A DNA stretch of 58,282 bases from Candidatus Sungbacteria bacterium RIFCSPLOWO2_01_FULL_47_32 (GTDB lineage: Bacteria; Patescibacteriota; Minisyncoccia; Sungbacterales; GWA2-42-14). The stretch spans positions 1 through 58,282 of the forward strand of contig MHQP01000039.1 of NCBI GenBank assembly GCA_001820685.1, read 5' to 3'. The number at the start of each line of letters is the position of its first letter. Position 1 is the first letter of the stretch. This document shows positions 19,011-27,806 of this stretch, in pieces. Below the pieces are notes generated by a model. That model ran no database searches. It was not told the origin of the DNA and saw only the letters and a list, made by a program, of their open reading frames with translations. Made by a program: the position numbers and the translations under genes.

Positions 19011-20117
19011 TTAAATCTTAAATTCCACCACATCTCCGTCTCTAACCACATACTCTTTCCCTTCAGTCTTCACCCAGCCGAGTTCGCGCGCTTTCGCGTA
19101 TGAACCAGCTTCAACAAGTTTTTCGAAAGGAATAACTTCGGTGCGGATGAATTTTTCCTCAAAGTCGGAGTGTATTGCCCGTCCCGCGCGAGGACCTGTG
19201 GAGCCCGCCGGAATCGTCCATGCGCGCGTTTCGTCTTCTCCTGTTGTAAGGAACGTCATAAGATTCAGCGTCTTGTATCCGGTTTCTATCAAGGCGTCGA
19301 GTCCCGACTCTGCAAGGCCGAGTGTTTTCAAATACTCCTTTTTCTCTTCGGGTGCGAGAGAGTTCAGCTCGTCTTCAATAGAGGCGGAAAGAACGACATA
19401 TAAAGCTCCTTTGAGGGCCGTTTTCAGCGCTGTGTCCGGCTGCCAGTGCGAAGTAATTTGTGCCTCCGAAGCGTTAAACACGAAAATCCGCCGTTTTGCC
19501 GTGAGCAGTTGAAGTTCGTTTAAAATAATTTGTATCTCTTTTTTTTCGAGTTCCTCTTTTGAAATTTCTGCCAGCACTTCGTCCGCCATCAGGCCTTTTT
19601 CCAGATTCTCTTTCAGGCGCACCATCAGGTCTTTTTGGGTGGGCGCGGATTTTTCTCCCGCGCGGACCTGTTTTTCAATCCCTTCGAGCCTCCGGTCAAG
19701 CGTTTCAAGGTCTTTCAATATAAGCTCAAGGTGTATGATGCGGATGTCTTCAGGCGGGTCAATGGTGTTATGGACGTGGATGATATTTGGGTCTTCAAAT
19801 ACGCGCACAACTTCCGTGATCGCGTCAACTTCTTTAATGTTCGTCAAAAATTTATTTCCGAGCCCTTCTCCTTCGGCCGCCCCCTTGACGAGTCCGGCGA
19901 TATCGACAAATTCCACCACCGCGTGGATTATTTTTTTTGAATGCGAGAGTGACGCAAGCGTATCAACACGCGCGTCCGGCACTGGAACAACCCCGATGTT
20001 CGGTTCAATCGTCACAAAGGGATAATTTGCCGTATCCACCTGTTTTTTTGTCAGCGCCTTAAAAAGCGTCGATTTTCCGACATTCGGGAGGCCGACGATT
20101 CCTATTTTTAATGACAT
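19011..20117 (-). CDS. ychF: Redox-regulated ATPase YchF (Obg-family GTPase fold)
   Basis: G1 GLPNVGKSTLF, G3 DIAGLV, a coiled-coil insert and the C-terminal TGS-like domain (...VVRDGDVVEFKI). Confidence 0.95.
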   Translation of the reverse strand: MSLKIGIVGLPNVGKSTLFKALTKKQVDTANYPFVTIEPNIGVVPVPDARVDTLASLSHSKKIIHAVVEFVDIAGLVKGAAEGEGLGNKFLTNIKEVDAITEVVRVFEDPNIIHVHNTIDPPEDIRIIHLELILKDLETLDRRLEGIEKQVRAGEKSAPTQKDLMVRLKENLEKGLMADEVLAEISKEELEKKEIQIILNELQLLTAKRRIFVFNASEAQITSHWQPDTALKTALKGALYVVLSASIEDELNSLAPEEKKEYLKTLGLAESGLDALIETGYKTLNLMTFLTTGEDETRAWTIPAGSTGPRAGRAIHSDFEEKFIRTEVIPFEKLVEAGSYAKARELGWVKTEGKEYVVRDGDVVEFKI

Positions 20118-20227
20118 AATACGTGTTAATTTCGATTTGACCTTACTATACTATACTCAAGGCGCACGGACATCAACCCTTCAAGTATAGTATCGAAATA
20201 GAATGAACAGGCGTTTTATCTAGTAGT

Positions 20228-21706
20228 ATGGAACCTACTGTCCTACAACAGGAATGTCTTAGCAGGGGGTTGATTCTCAAACTTCTCTATTGCGCCGGTT
20301 TGGCGCTTTTTGCGGTTCTGTTTCTATGGAATTTTTGGAGTAGCGGCCCGTATGCTCTTGGTCTGAATGCTTTTGTTTTCCTATCCCTATTTTTCGGTTT
20401 TTTCATTTGGGCGCTGTACAAGGAAGGTAACTATGAGGTATATGATCTTTTATGGATTATTCCATTTATATTAATGATTGTGAGTTTTGCGATTTATGAT
20501 AACCCGTTTTTGAAGGCAGTGAATATCATGGCTATGCCGGCTCTTTTTGCGCTGTTTTATAACCATGCATTTCTTGCCAACAAGAAAACAAACTATTGGA
20601 ATTATGAATTTATAATAAAAATCCTTGTCCGCATATTGTCCGCCCTTGGGCATATTGGTGATTCAGCAAAAGCATACCTTACGTTCATTGTTCCCGCAGG
20701 CAAAACGAAGGAGCGAGTTGTTGTAAGAGTTATAGCAGGCATAGTGATTTTCTTGGCTATCGCCCTAACAGTTATTATTCCGCTTCTATCGTCTGCGGAT
20801 GCTGTTTTTTATGGAAAGGTGCAAGCTGTTACCGAGTGGCTTCGGGATATATTCTCAACACCCCTCGTGTACAAAATATTTGTTTTTGCTATTTTATCGG
20901 TGTTATTTTTTGCCATGCTCATAGCCTGGAGCAAGCCCTTTGACTACAATGAGAATGAAGATCGTGGCAAAAAAGCGGACTCTATTATAGTGGGCATTGT
21001 TCTTGCAGGGGTTCTCGGCATATATCTGCTTTTTTTGTGGATACAACTCAATCGCCTGTGGGTAGGCGTACTGCCTTTTAATTTCAAGGAAACTGAAGAA
21101 TTGGTAAAAAGCGGTTTTTGGCAACTATTGGCTCTTTCCGTAATAAACATTCTTATATACTTTTTTGCATATCGAAAAACAGTATCGTTTGTACAAAAAC
21201 TTCTTTCGGCATTTACCGTCGCATCCCTTCTCCTGCTTGCTTCCGCCGGACAGCGTATGGGTCTCTACGTTACCTATTACGGTTTTAGTTATGAAAAGTT
21301 CTTTGCGTCGTATACAGTGCTCTACTGCGCCATTGTGTATATATGGCTTATTGCACAATTATTTCGAAGCAAAAGATCCAATATTGTAAAGTTTTTAGTC
21401 CTGCTCTTTCTTTGGATGTTTGCTATGCTAACAATATTTCCTGTTGAACAGTTTATATTTCGCACAAATATGGCGTTGCGCCGTCTTAAGGATTCTCGGA
21501 TTGTACTGAGTGAAATGAAGATGCTTTCTCCTGACGTGCTTGTAGTGGTTAAGAAGAACAAGGAAAAAGGTTTACTGGATGAGGGAGGGTATGACTGGAA
21601 CGAGTGGATTGATAAGCAGGAGCAGATAGTTTCGGGGAAGGCGTGGTATGAGCGGAATATGACTAATATGGTGTATGCGTTTAGCTCCAATGCGTCTCCT
21701 CAATAA
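20228..21706 (+). CDS. Polytopic integral membrane protein (DUF4153/DUF4173-like)
   Basis: 492 aa with about 10 or more hydrophobic helices and a soluble C-terminal tail. The family assignment is from memory only. Confidence 0.65.
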   Translation: MEPTVLQQECLSRGLILKLLYCAGLALFAVLFLWNFWSSGPYALGLNAFVFLSLFFGFFIWALYKEGNYEVYDLLWIIPFILMIVSFAIYDNPFLKAVNIMAMPALFALFYNHAFLANKKTNYWNYEFIIKILVRILSALGHIGDSAKAYLTFIVPAGKTKERVVVRVIAGIVIFLAIALTVIIPLLSSADAVFYGKVQAVTEWLRDIFSTPLVYKIFVFAILSVLFFAMLIAWSKPFDYNENEDRGKKADSIIVGIVLAGVLGIYLLFLWIQLNRLWVGVLPFNFKETEELVKSGFWQLLALSVINILIYFFAYRKTVSFVQKLLSAFTVASLLLLASAGQRMGLYVTYYGFSYEKFFASYTVLYCAIVYIWLIAQLFRSKRSNIVKFLVLLFLWMFAMLTIFPVEQFIFRTNMALRRLKDSRIVLSEMKMLSPDVLVVVKKNKEKGLLDEGGYDWNEWIDKQEQIVSGKAWYERNMTNMVYAFSSNASPQ

Positions 21707-21802
21707 TAAGTCATGTCGCATTACACAAAAACAAATCCAAGCCTATAATAAGTTCTATCTGAAAAATTAAGACATACGGCCGGTTGTCGGCCTCACAGTA
21801 AG

Positions 21803-21824
21803 CCCTTGCTCCACAAGGGTTTTT
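21803..21824 (+). terminator. Terminator after the membrane-protein gene
   Basis: CCCTTG-CTCCA-CAAGGG followed by TTTTT. Confidence 0.6.
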
Positions 21825-22081
21825 ATAAGACTCCCACCCGCTTTCCGTGGTTGAAGCTATAACAGTAAAACCAATATTAGCAAAAAAATTCATACTTGCT
21901 AGGATAGAAGATGTATGTTATAATAAATCTATATGTATATGGCTCTTTGACACAGCACAAGCCTGCTTACTTCGGGCGGCCTTGCCCTCATGCCCCAAAC
22001 AACGGGGAAGTGCACCAAGTGCGCGCGGACGGATAAGGCCATCACTGATATAGTGATGTTCATTCGTTCGTGGGAGAAAAG

Positions 22082-24385
22082 ATGGAATTGCCGATCTTGA
22101 AGGAACGGGATCGTATCATTCAAGCGGTTTCAGACAATCCTGTCATTGTGGTCGTAGGTGAGACTGGTTCAGGAAAGACAACTCAGATTCCGATATTTCT
22201 TTACGAAGCGGGGTTTGCCGAGAGCGGCGTCATCGGTATTACCGAACCGCGGCGAGTTGCCGCGACTTCCACGGCGAAGTACGTCGCCGGCGTGATCGGT
22301 TCAACTCCTGGGGATCTCGTCGGGTATCAGGTTCGGTTTGACGACGAGACGACGGTCGGTACTGCGCTGAAGTTCATGACGGACGGCATACTGCTCCGGG
22401 AGTTTCAGATCGATTCGAATCTCAGCCGCTACTCGGTCGTTCTTATTGATGAGGCCCACGAACGGAGCCAGAATGTCGATTTCATTCTCGGCCTTCTCAA
22501 AGATCTGCTTAAGCGTCGGCGCGACCTGAAGGTTGTTGTTGCTTCGGCAACAATCGACGAGCAGAAGTTCTCTAATTTCTTCAACAGGGCTCCGGTCATC
22601 AACGTGTCGGGACGGATGTTTCCGGTTGAGGTGGTTTGGGGCAAAGAAGATGTGGACGAAGAAATGATTGTCGAGGTCATGGCGGATGCGATTGCCGAGA
22701 TTCACCGGAGCGAGCCCGAAGGCGATATTCTTAGTTTCATGACCGGAGAAGATCAAATCCGGAGAGTGGTCGAGTCCCTGGAACGTATGAAACTCACCGA
22801 CCTTGTTCTTGTTCCGGCGCACGCCTCGCTTCCATGGGAAGAACAGCAGAAGATTTTTGCGTCTTACCCTGGCAAGCGCAAAGTCATTGTTGCAACGAAT
22901 ATAGCCGAAACATCGATTACAATCGACGGAATCGTCTATGTCGTTGACAGCGGCTTCATCAAGCAGATGAATTTTCATCCGGAAAGCGGCATTCAGAGTC
23001 TTGATGTTGTTCTCCATTCTAAATCGGGGTGCGAACAGCGTCGAGGACGAGCGGGACGTACGCAGCCGGGAAAATGTTTTCGGCTTTATGCCGAGAGTGA
23101 CTTCCGCGAGAGGCCGCAGTTCACGGAGCCTGAAATCAAGCGGATTAGCTTGGCTGGGGTTGTGCTTGCAATGAAGGATATCGGAATTGATAAGGTCGAA
23201 GAGTTCGAATTTGTCGATCCACCAAGTCGTGAAGCATTCCACGAGGCCCACGAGACACTTATCGCGCTTGGAGCAATTCAGCGCGGGTCTCATGGCTTGA
23301 CGGACATTGGCAAAATGATGGCCGGTCTTCCGCTTGAACCCCGCATTGCGCGAATGATCATCGAGGCGGAGAAGCACGGATGTACGAAGGATGTTGCTAC
23401 AATCGCGGCCTTTCTTTCGGGGCGGCAAGTCTTCGCTCGTCCAAAAGGGAAAGAAATTCAGGCAGATCGAGCGCATGTAGCGCTCAAGAATCCGGCGTCA
23501 GATGCCCTGACGTTTCTTAGGGTCTGGGACAAGTATGAAGATTCAGATTTTGACAATCAGTGGTGTTATGATAACTTTCTCAACGCGAGAGTGTTGCGTG
23601 AAGTGGACGATATCCGTTATCAGCTTTTCAACATTCTTGAAAGCTACGGCTTCGAGCCAACCGAAAGCAGTGATACTGCTGTGATTGCAAAAGCTGTGGC
23701 GATGGGACTTGCCTATAGTCTCCTGGAGCACCGGAGCCGGCACTCCTATGGCGGCGTGCTTCGTCAAATCGATGATGTCTTCATTCATCCGGGATCAGCG
23801 ATTTTCGGGTTGTCTAATTCGCGATGGATTGTGGCAAGTGAAGTCGTCCGGACTACGAAAACGTATGCCCGAGGTTGCACGGAGGTTAAGCCTGAATGGC
23901 TTCCTGATATGGCGCCCCAGCACTTCAAACGGGGCGAGCCGGTTGTCGCGCGGTATCTCAAAGGGGCAGAGAGCGCCGTCATAAGCAAAGCAGTTCTTGA
24001 TGGATACGGTCACGAGCTCGGAAGCTCCGAAGAGTCTGTTCCTGTGGCTGAAGCAATAGCGATTCAGAAGGCGCGTGTGCGCGACGCAGAGTCAAAGGGC
24101 CTCCTGAAGCTTACGTTTCACAATGAAGCAAGCGGCAGATACTCGTTTACGGCGTCCTTCGTAGCCGAAGCCGGTGGAAAGAGATACAAGGCCAGCTACC
24201 ATGCTAAAGTCGAGGAGGGTGTTCCGTACTACTGCAAAGTAGTGGACACGTACTTGGGACAAACAACGGTTGAGCCGGTGTTTCAGGTCTTTGCGTTCAA
24301 TAATCCCGCGCCTTCTCCAGGTCAGCCTCTTTCATCAGTCGAAGAGCTTGCTCAAAAGCGGGGAGCAAGTCTCGGCAGGCAGTAG
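22082..24385 (+). CDS. DEAH-box ATP-dependent helicase (HrpA/HrpB-like, short form)
   Basis: GETGSGKTTQIP, DEAHERS, SATID, TNIAETSITI and QRRGRAGR motifs, plus HA2/OB-like regions. ATG at 22082 is preceded by GGGAG with a 5-nt spacer; the ORF track starts at a GTG at 22070. Confidence 0.9.
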   Translation: MELPILKERDRIIQAVSDNPVIVVVGETGSGKTTQIPIFLYEAGFAESGVIGITEPRRVAATSTAKYVAGVIGSTPGDLVGYQVRFDDETTVGTALKFMTDGILLREFQIDSNLSRYSVVLIDEAHERSQNVDFILGLLKDLLKRRRDLKVVVASATIDEQKFSNFFNRAPVINVSGRMFPVEVVWGKEDVDEEMIVEVMADAIAEIHRSEPEGDILSFMTGEDQIRRVVESLERMKLTDLVLVPAHASLPWEEQQKIFASYPGKRKVIVATNIAETSITIDGIVYVVDSGFIKQMNFHPESGIQSLDVVLHSKSGCEQRRGRAGRTQPGKCFRLYAESDFRERPQFTEPEIKRISLAGVVLAMKDIGIDKVEEFEFVDPPSREAFHEAHETLIALGAIQRGSHGLTDIGKMMAGLPLEPRIARMIIEAEKHGCTKDVATIAAFLSGRQVFARPKGKEIQADRAHVALKNPASDALTFLRVWDKYEDSDFDNQWCYDNFLNARVLREVDDIRYQLFNILESYGFEPTESSDTAVIAKAVAMGLAYSLLEHRSRHSYGGVLRQIDDVFIHPGSAIFGLSNSRWIVASEVVRTTKTYARGCTEVKPEWLPDMAPQHFKRGEPVVARYLKGAESAVISKAVLDGYGHELGSSEESVPVAEAIAIQKARVRDAESKGLLKLTFHNEASGRYSFTASFVAEAGGKRYKASYHAKVEEGVPYYCKVVDTYLGQTTVEPVFQVFAFNNPAPSPGQPLSSVEELAQKRGASLGRQ

Positions 24386-24393
24386 AATTTCAG

Positions 24394-24430
24394 GGCAGGT
24401 AGTGCGAAAGCATTGCCTGCCTCTTTTTTA
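24394..24430 (+). terminator. Terminator after the helicase gene
   Basis: GGCAGG..GTGC-GAAA-GCAT..CCTGCC hairpin followed by TCTTTTTT. Confidence 0.7.
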
Positions 24431-24495
24431 TTAATTTATTCTCGACAGAATCCCTATTCCGGCCGTGAAGTTGCTTGTCGCCCGCGTTTTCCCGC

Positions 24496-26343
24496 CTAAA
24501 ATTTATAAATTCTAAAAACTTCTTCCCCCCGCTTACTTTTAATGCTTAGTGGGGAAACGCCAAGCAGGCGCAATTCGTTCTCGAACAGAGCGCCGGTTTC
24601 CGTCAAGCTTTTCTCTTTTTTAAGCGGAACGGTCATTCCCGGCGCGACGAAATAATGAGAAGAAACTCCCGCGTCTTTGAAAAATCCCGGTCCTTTTTCG
24701 TTGAGAAATTCGAGGTACGTTTCTGTTTTGAGTACGGGCCAGCCGTGGTATATCTGCAGTCTGTCCAATATCCAAAGCTGGGGAATGTTGGCGATATTCC
24801 CGTCATAGATGATGAGTGCCGGGTATGGATCCTTTCCTTCTCGCCTGTCTTTCGCAAGAGACTCATTTTTCACGTTTTCAAGAAATTGATATTTTGCGTC
24901 AAGCGTTAAGGCCGGCATTTTTCCGTCGAGCTCCTTTTTTAAATAGGCGTCGAGTTCGTTATAACCCCAGTTATAATTTTCATAGCCAACGTCTGAATGC
25001 ATCCACACGAGCGGGCCTTTTGGCGTATACAAAAGTTCACTATTTACGGAATAAAATATCTCGAATGTGAGGAAAAGCCCGCTGCACGCAATAACGATTC
25101 CTGTGCCAACGTTTTTATTCTTAAGCACCAAAAGCTTTTCGGCAGCCGCAGATAAAAATACCGCAGAAGAAAGGGCAATAAACGGAGCAAGCATCGTCAA
25201 AAACCGCCGCGAAGTGCCGATGAAGAGAAAAAGCAGGATTAAATAAAAAAACGTCAGGCTAAGAAACGCGAACCTCCGAAACGCGAGCGCAAAGCCTTTT
25301 TTAAGCTGGATAAAAAAGCTTATGGCAGATACCCCAAAGACGCCGAGAATCAGCCACGAGTACCCCATGTAGAGGTTCGGGAAGAAATTACGGACGCGAA
25401 CGCCAAGCGCGCCGATCTCCTCTTTTCCTGGTGCAACCTTCCAGACCTCGGGGTTCTGCCCGAAAATATATGAGAACTGGAAATCAAAGTGGCCGGTCGC
25501 TCTGTACATTTCAAGGTTGTAGATGACGAGGGGGCTTGCGATTAAAAGAGTAAGAACAGCGCCTATCCAAAGGCTCTTTTTCCTCAAGCAATCGGGGCGG
25601 AAGAAAATAAGATACGTGCCGATAACGGGAACAAGGATAACTGCGGTTATTTTCGCAAGCAGTCCAAGGCCGATGGCTATGCCGAGATATATGAAGTTTA
25701 CACTCTGCCGGAGGGATTGGAGAAAAAAATAAATTCCTAATAAAAGGAAAAAAATCACATACGACTCTTGCAAGCCGACACGCGAAATAAACACGTGATT
25801 CACGGTTACCGCAAGGATAAGAGCGGAAAGCAGTCCTATGCTACGCGAAAAGAGAAGCGTCCCTATGCGGTACAAGAGGTAAATGGCGGCAATCCCAAAA
25901 AGCGCGGATGGAAGGCGGAACGCAAAATTATTCTCGCCGAATAATACGATAAAAATATGCTGAACGAAGAAAACAAGGAGCGGATGATCGTGGAACGAAA
26001 ACGAGGTCCATGCCGGGATGCGCCCGTCGAACCACTCAAGCGGCGTCGTCTGATATTCCGCCTCGTCAAAGTCCATCATGCCGACAGCGCGGAAACTGTA
26101 GAGCGCTTCGTCTCCAAGCACATCTCCCTTGGACAAGCCGAAAAGCCGCAGGGACGCGGCAAGAATAAGAATGGCTATAAGAATATTCTTTCTATTTAGA
26201 AAAGCGGAGCGCAAGGACTTTAAAAAATATTTCCAAAATAATTGGAACGTCAAGTTTTGATACGCCTGTTTTTCTTTCGCGAAACGAAATTGGAATTTCA
26301 GTAATTCGATATCCTTTGCGGTGCGCGCGAAAGAGCGTTTCAA
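24496..26343 (-). CDS. Membrane glycosyltransferase, GT39/GT83 (PMT/ArnT-like, polyprenol-phosphate-sugar dependent)
   Basis: About 12 TM helices with an early loop DEALYSFRA (DE motif) and a large C-terminal soluble domain. The annotated start overlaps the upstream GT2 gene by 152 nt, so the true start may be an internal non-ATG codon. Confidence 0.75.
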   Translation of the reverse strand: MKRSFARTAKDIELLKFQFRFAKEKQAYQNLTFQLFWKYFLKSLRSAFLNRKNILIAILILAASLRLFGLSKGDVLGDEALYSFRAVGMMDFDEAEYQTTPLEWFDGRIPAWTSFSFHDHPLLVFFVQHIFIVLFGENNFAFRLPSALFGIAAIYLLYRIGTLLFSRSIGLLSALILAVTVNHVFISRVGLQESYVIFFLLLGIYFFLQSLRQSVNFIYLGIAIGLGLLAKITAVILVPVIGTYLIFFRPDCLRKKSLWIGAVLTLLIASPLVIYNLEMYRATGHFDFQFSYIFGQNPEVWKVAPGKEEIGALGVRVRNFFPNLYMGYSWLILGVFGVSAISFFIQLKKGFALAFRRFAFLSLTFFYLILLFLFIGTSRRFLTMLAPFIALSSAVFLSAAAEKLLVLKNKNVGTGIVIACSGLFLTFEIFYSVNSELLYTPKGPLVWMHSDVGYENYNWGYNELDAYLKKELDGKMPALTLDAKYQFLENVKNESLAKDRREGKDPYPALIIYDGNIANIPQLWILDRLQIYHGWPVLKTETYLEFLNEKGPGFFKDAGVSSHYFVAPGMTVPLKKEKSLTETGALFENELRLLGVSPLSIKSKRGEEVFRIYKF

Positions 26344-26902
26344 TCTGGAAGCTGTACCCGATCGAGCTTAAGGACTGCATGTCGAGGCTCTCGAGCGCCT
26401 TTCGCCTGTATCCTTTAAATCCGCTCGTAAGGTCGCGGTACGGAAGGCCGAGAACGACGCGCGCGTACATATTGCTTGCGCGCGAAAGAAAGCGCCGTAA
26501 AGAGTCCCAGTTTTCAACACTGCCGCCCGGAACATATCGGGAGCCGACCACAACATCAAAGGAAGCCAACTCCCTAAGAAGTTCCGGGATTATGGCCGGG
26601 TCGTGTGAAAGGTCGGCGTCCATCTGGATTATGAATGAAACATCCCGGTAAAAAGAGTCTTTCGAACTTAAAATTTCCGAGAACGCGTGGGCATACGCCC
26701 TTCCCAGTCCTGCTTTATGCGGCCGGTGAATTACGCGCATGGGATATTTTTCTCTTAAACGTTCGGCAACAGCCCCGGTTCCGTCGGGAGAGCTGTCGTC
26801 AACAACAACAAGCTTTAGACCGGCAATGCCGAGGCCAAAAATTTTCTCCGCGAGCTCCGGGAGATTATTCTTTTCATTGTATGTTGGAACAACGATAAGC
26901 AT
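26192..26902 (-). CDS. Polyprenol-phosphate mannose synthase-like GT2 glycosyltransferase (Dpm1/Ppm1-like)
   Basis: N-terminal VVPTYNEKNNL, VVDDSSPDGT and DADLSHDP motifs are typical of the dolichyl/polyprenyl-phosphate mannosyltransferase family. Confidence 0.85.
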   Translation of the reverse strand: MLIVVPTYNEKNNLPELAEKIFGLGIAGLKLVVVDDSSPDGTGAVAERLREKYPMRVIHRPHKAGLGRAYAHAFSEILSSKDSFYRDVSFIIQMDADLSHDPAIIPELLRELASFDVVVGSRYVPGGSVENWDSLRRFLSRASNMYARVVLGLPYRDLTSGFKGYRRKALESLDMQSLSSIGYSFQIETLFRAHRKGYRITEIPISFRERKTGVSKLDVPIILEIFFKVLALRFSK

Positions 26903-26989
26903 TGTGGTTGGAATTTAAGCCACTCGGAGTATCTTAGCCTAGTTCTTTTGCGTACTATATGATAGTATTGTCTTGTAAAATAACGATAT

Positions 26990-27781
26990 ATGAGTTCTCC
27001 TATTCTTTCAACAGCAGAAAAAGCCGCCCGGGCGGGAGGGGAAGCCATCCGGAAGTGGTTCCGGAAGGACGTTTTAATAGAAGTGAAGCCGGATACGTCT
27101 CTTGTCAGCATCGTTGACCGCGAGGCGGAGCGGGCCGTTCTCTCTGTTATAGAAAAGGCCTTTCCTCTACATTCAATTGTTTCGGAGGAGGCGGGAACAT
27201 TCGACCGCAATTCGGACTACACATGGTATATTGACCCGCTTGACGGCACGACAAATTTTTTGCATCACTTTCCGTTTTTTTGCTCGTCCGTCGCATGCAC
27301 CACCGGAACTGAAGCCATTGCCGGAGCGATTTATGACCCGATACATGACGAACTTTTCTCCGCTGAAAAAGGGAAAGGAGCATACCTGAACGGCAAGAAA
27401 ATCGTCGTTTCCGGAAATATTTTTGAAAAGTCGCTCATTGTGGCAAGCCGCGGCTCGTCCGTTGAGCAAAAATTGAAAGGGCTTCGCATCGCTGAAGAAA
27501 TTGAGCCTCATATTCACCATGGCACGAAATTTACGGGTTCCGCCGCGATGAATTTATGCTACACTGCCTGCGGGAGATTCGACGGAAACATCGGGGCCTC
27601 CCTTCATCCTCACGACATTGCCGCAGGCATTCTCATAGCAAAAGAAGCAGGGGCTGATGTGCTTAACTTTACAGGAGACCCCGCAACGTTTCTCGACCCC
27701 GACATCGTCGTTGGCAATCGCGACATGACGTCGAATATGTTAAAATACATTAAAAGAGCGGTGCGAAGCAGAAGAAAATAA
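26990..27781 (+). CDS. Inositol monophosphatase family protein (SuhB/IMPase-like)
   Basis: Motifs EEAG, WYIDPLDGTTNF and AAGILIAKEAGA. Confidence 0.88.
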   Translation: MSSPILSTAEKAARAGGEAIRKWFRKDVLIEVKPDTSLVSIVDREAERAVLSVIEKAFPLHSIVSEEAGTFDRNSDYTWYIDPLDGTTNFLHHFPFFCSSVACTTGTEAIAGAIYDPIHDELFSAEKGKGAYLNGKKIVVSGNIFEKSLIVASRGSSVEQKLKGLRIAEEIEPHIHHGTKFTGSAAMNLCYTACGRFDGNIGASLHPHDIAAGILIAKEAGADVLNFTGDPATFLDPDIVVGNRDMTSNMLKYIKRAVRSRRK

Positions 27782-27806
27782 CTCGAACTCGAACCGCGCG
27801 AGAAAA

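Noticed and set aside
21941-22060. A GC-rich patch upstream of the helicase gene, considered as a riboswitch or sRNA
   Set aside because: It has only short (4-6 bp) complementarities (GGCCTT/AAGGCC, CCCC/GGGG, ATCACT/AGTGAT). I could not define a promoter, terminator or recognisable motif.
22301-23476. A 391-aa minus-strand ORF antisense to the DEAH helicase gene
   Set aside because: It lies entirely inside a gene with unambiguous helicase motifs. Its translation is Arg/Leu/Asn-rich with no motif, SD or terminator. This is a typical shadow ORF.
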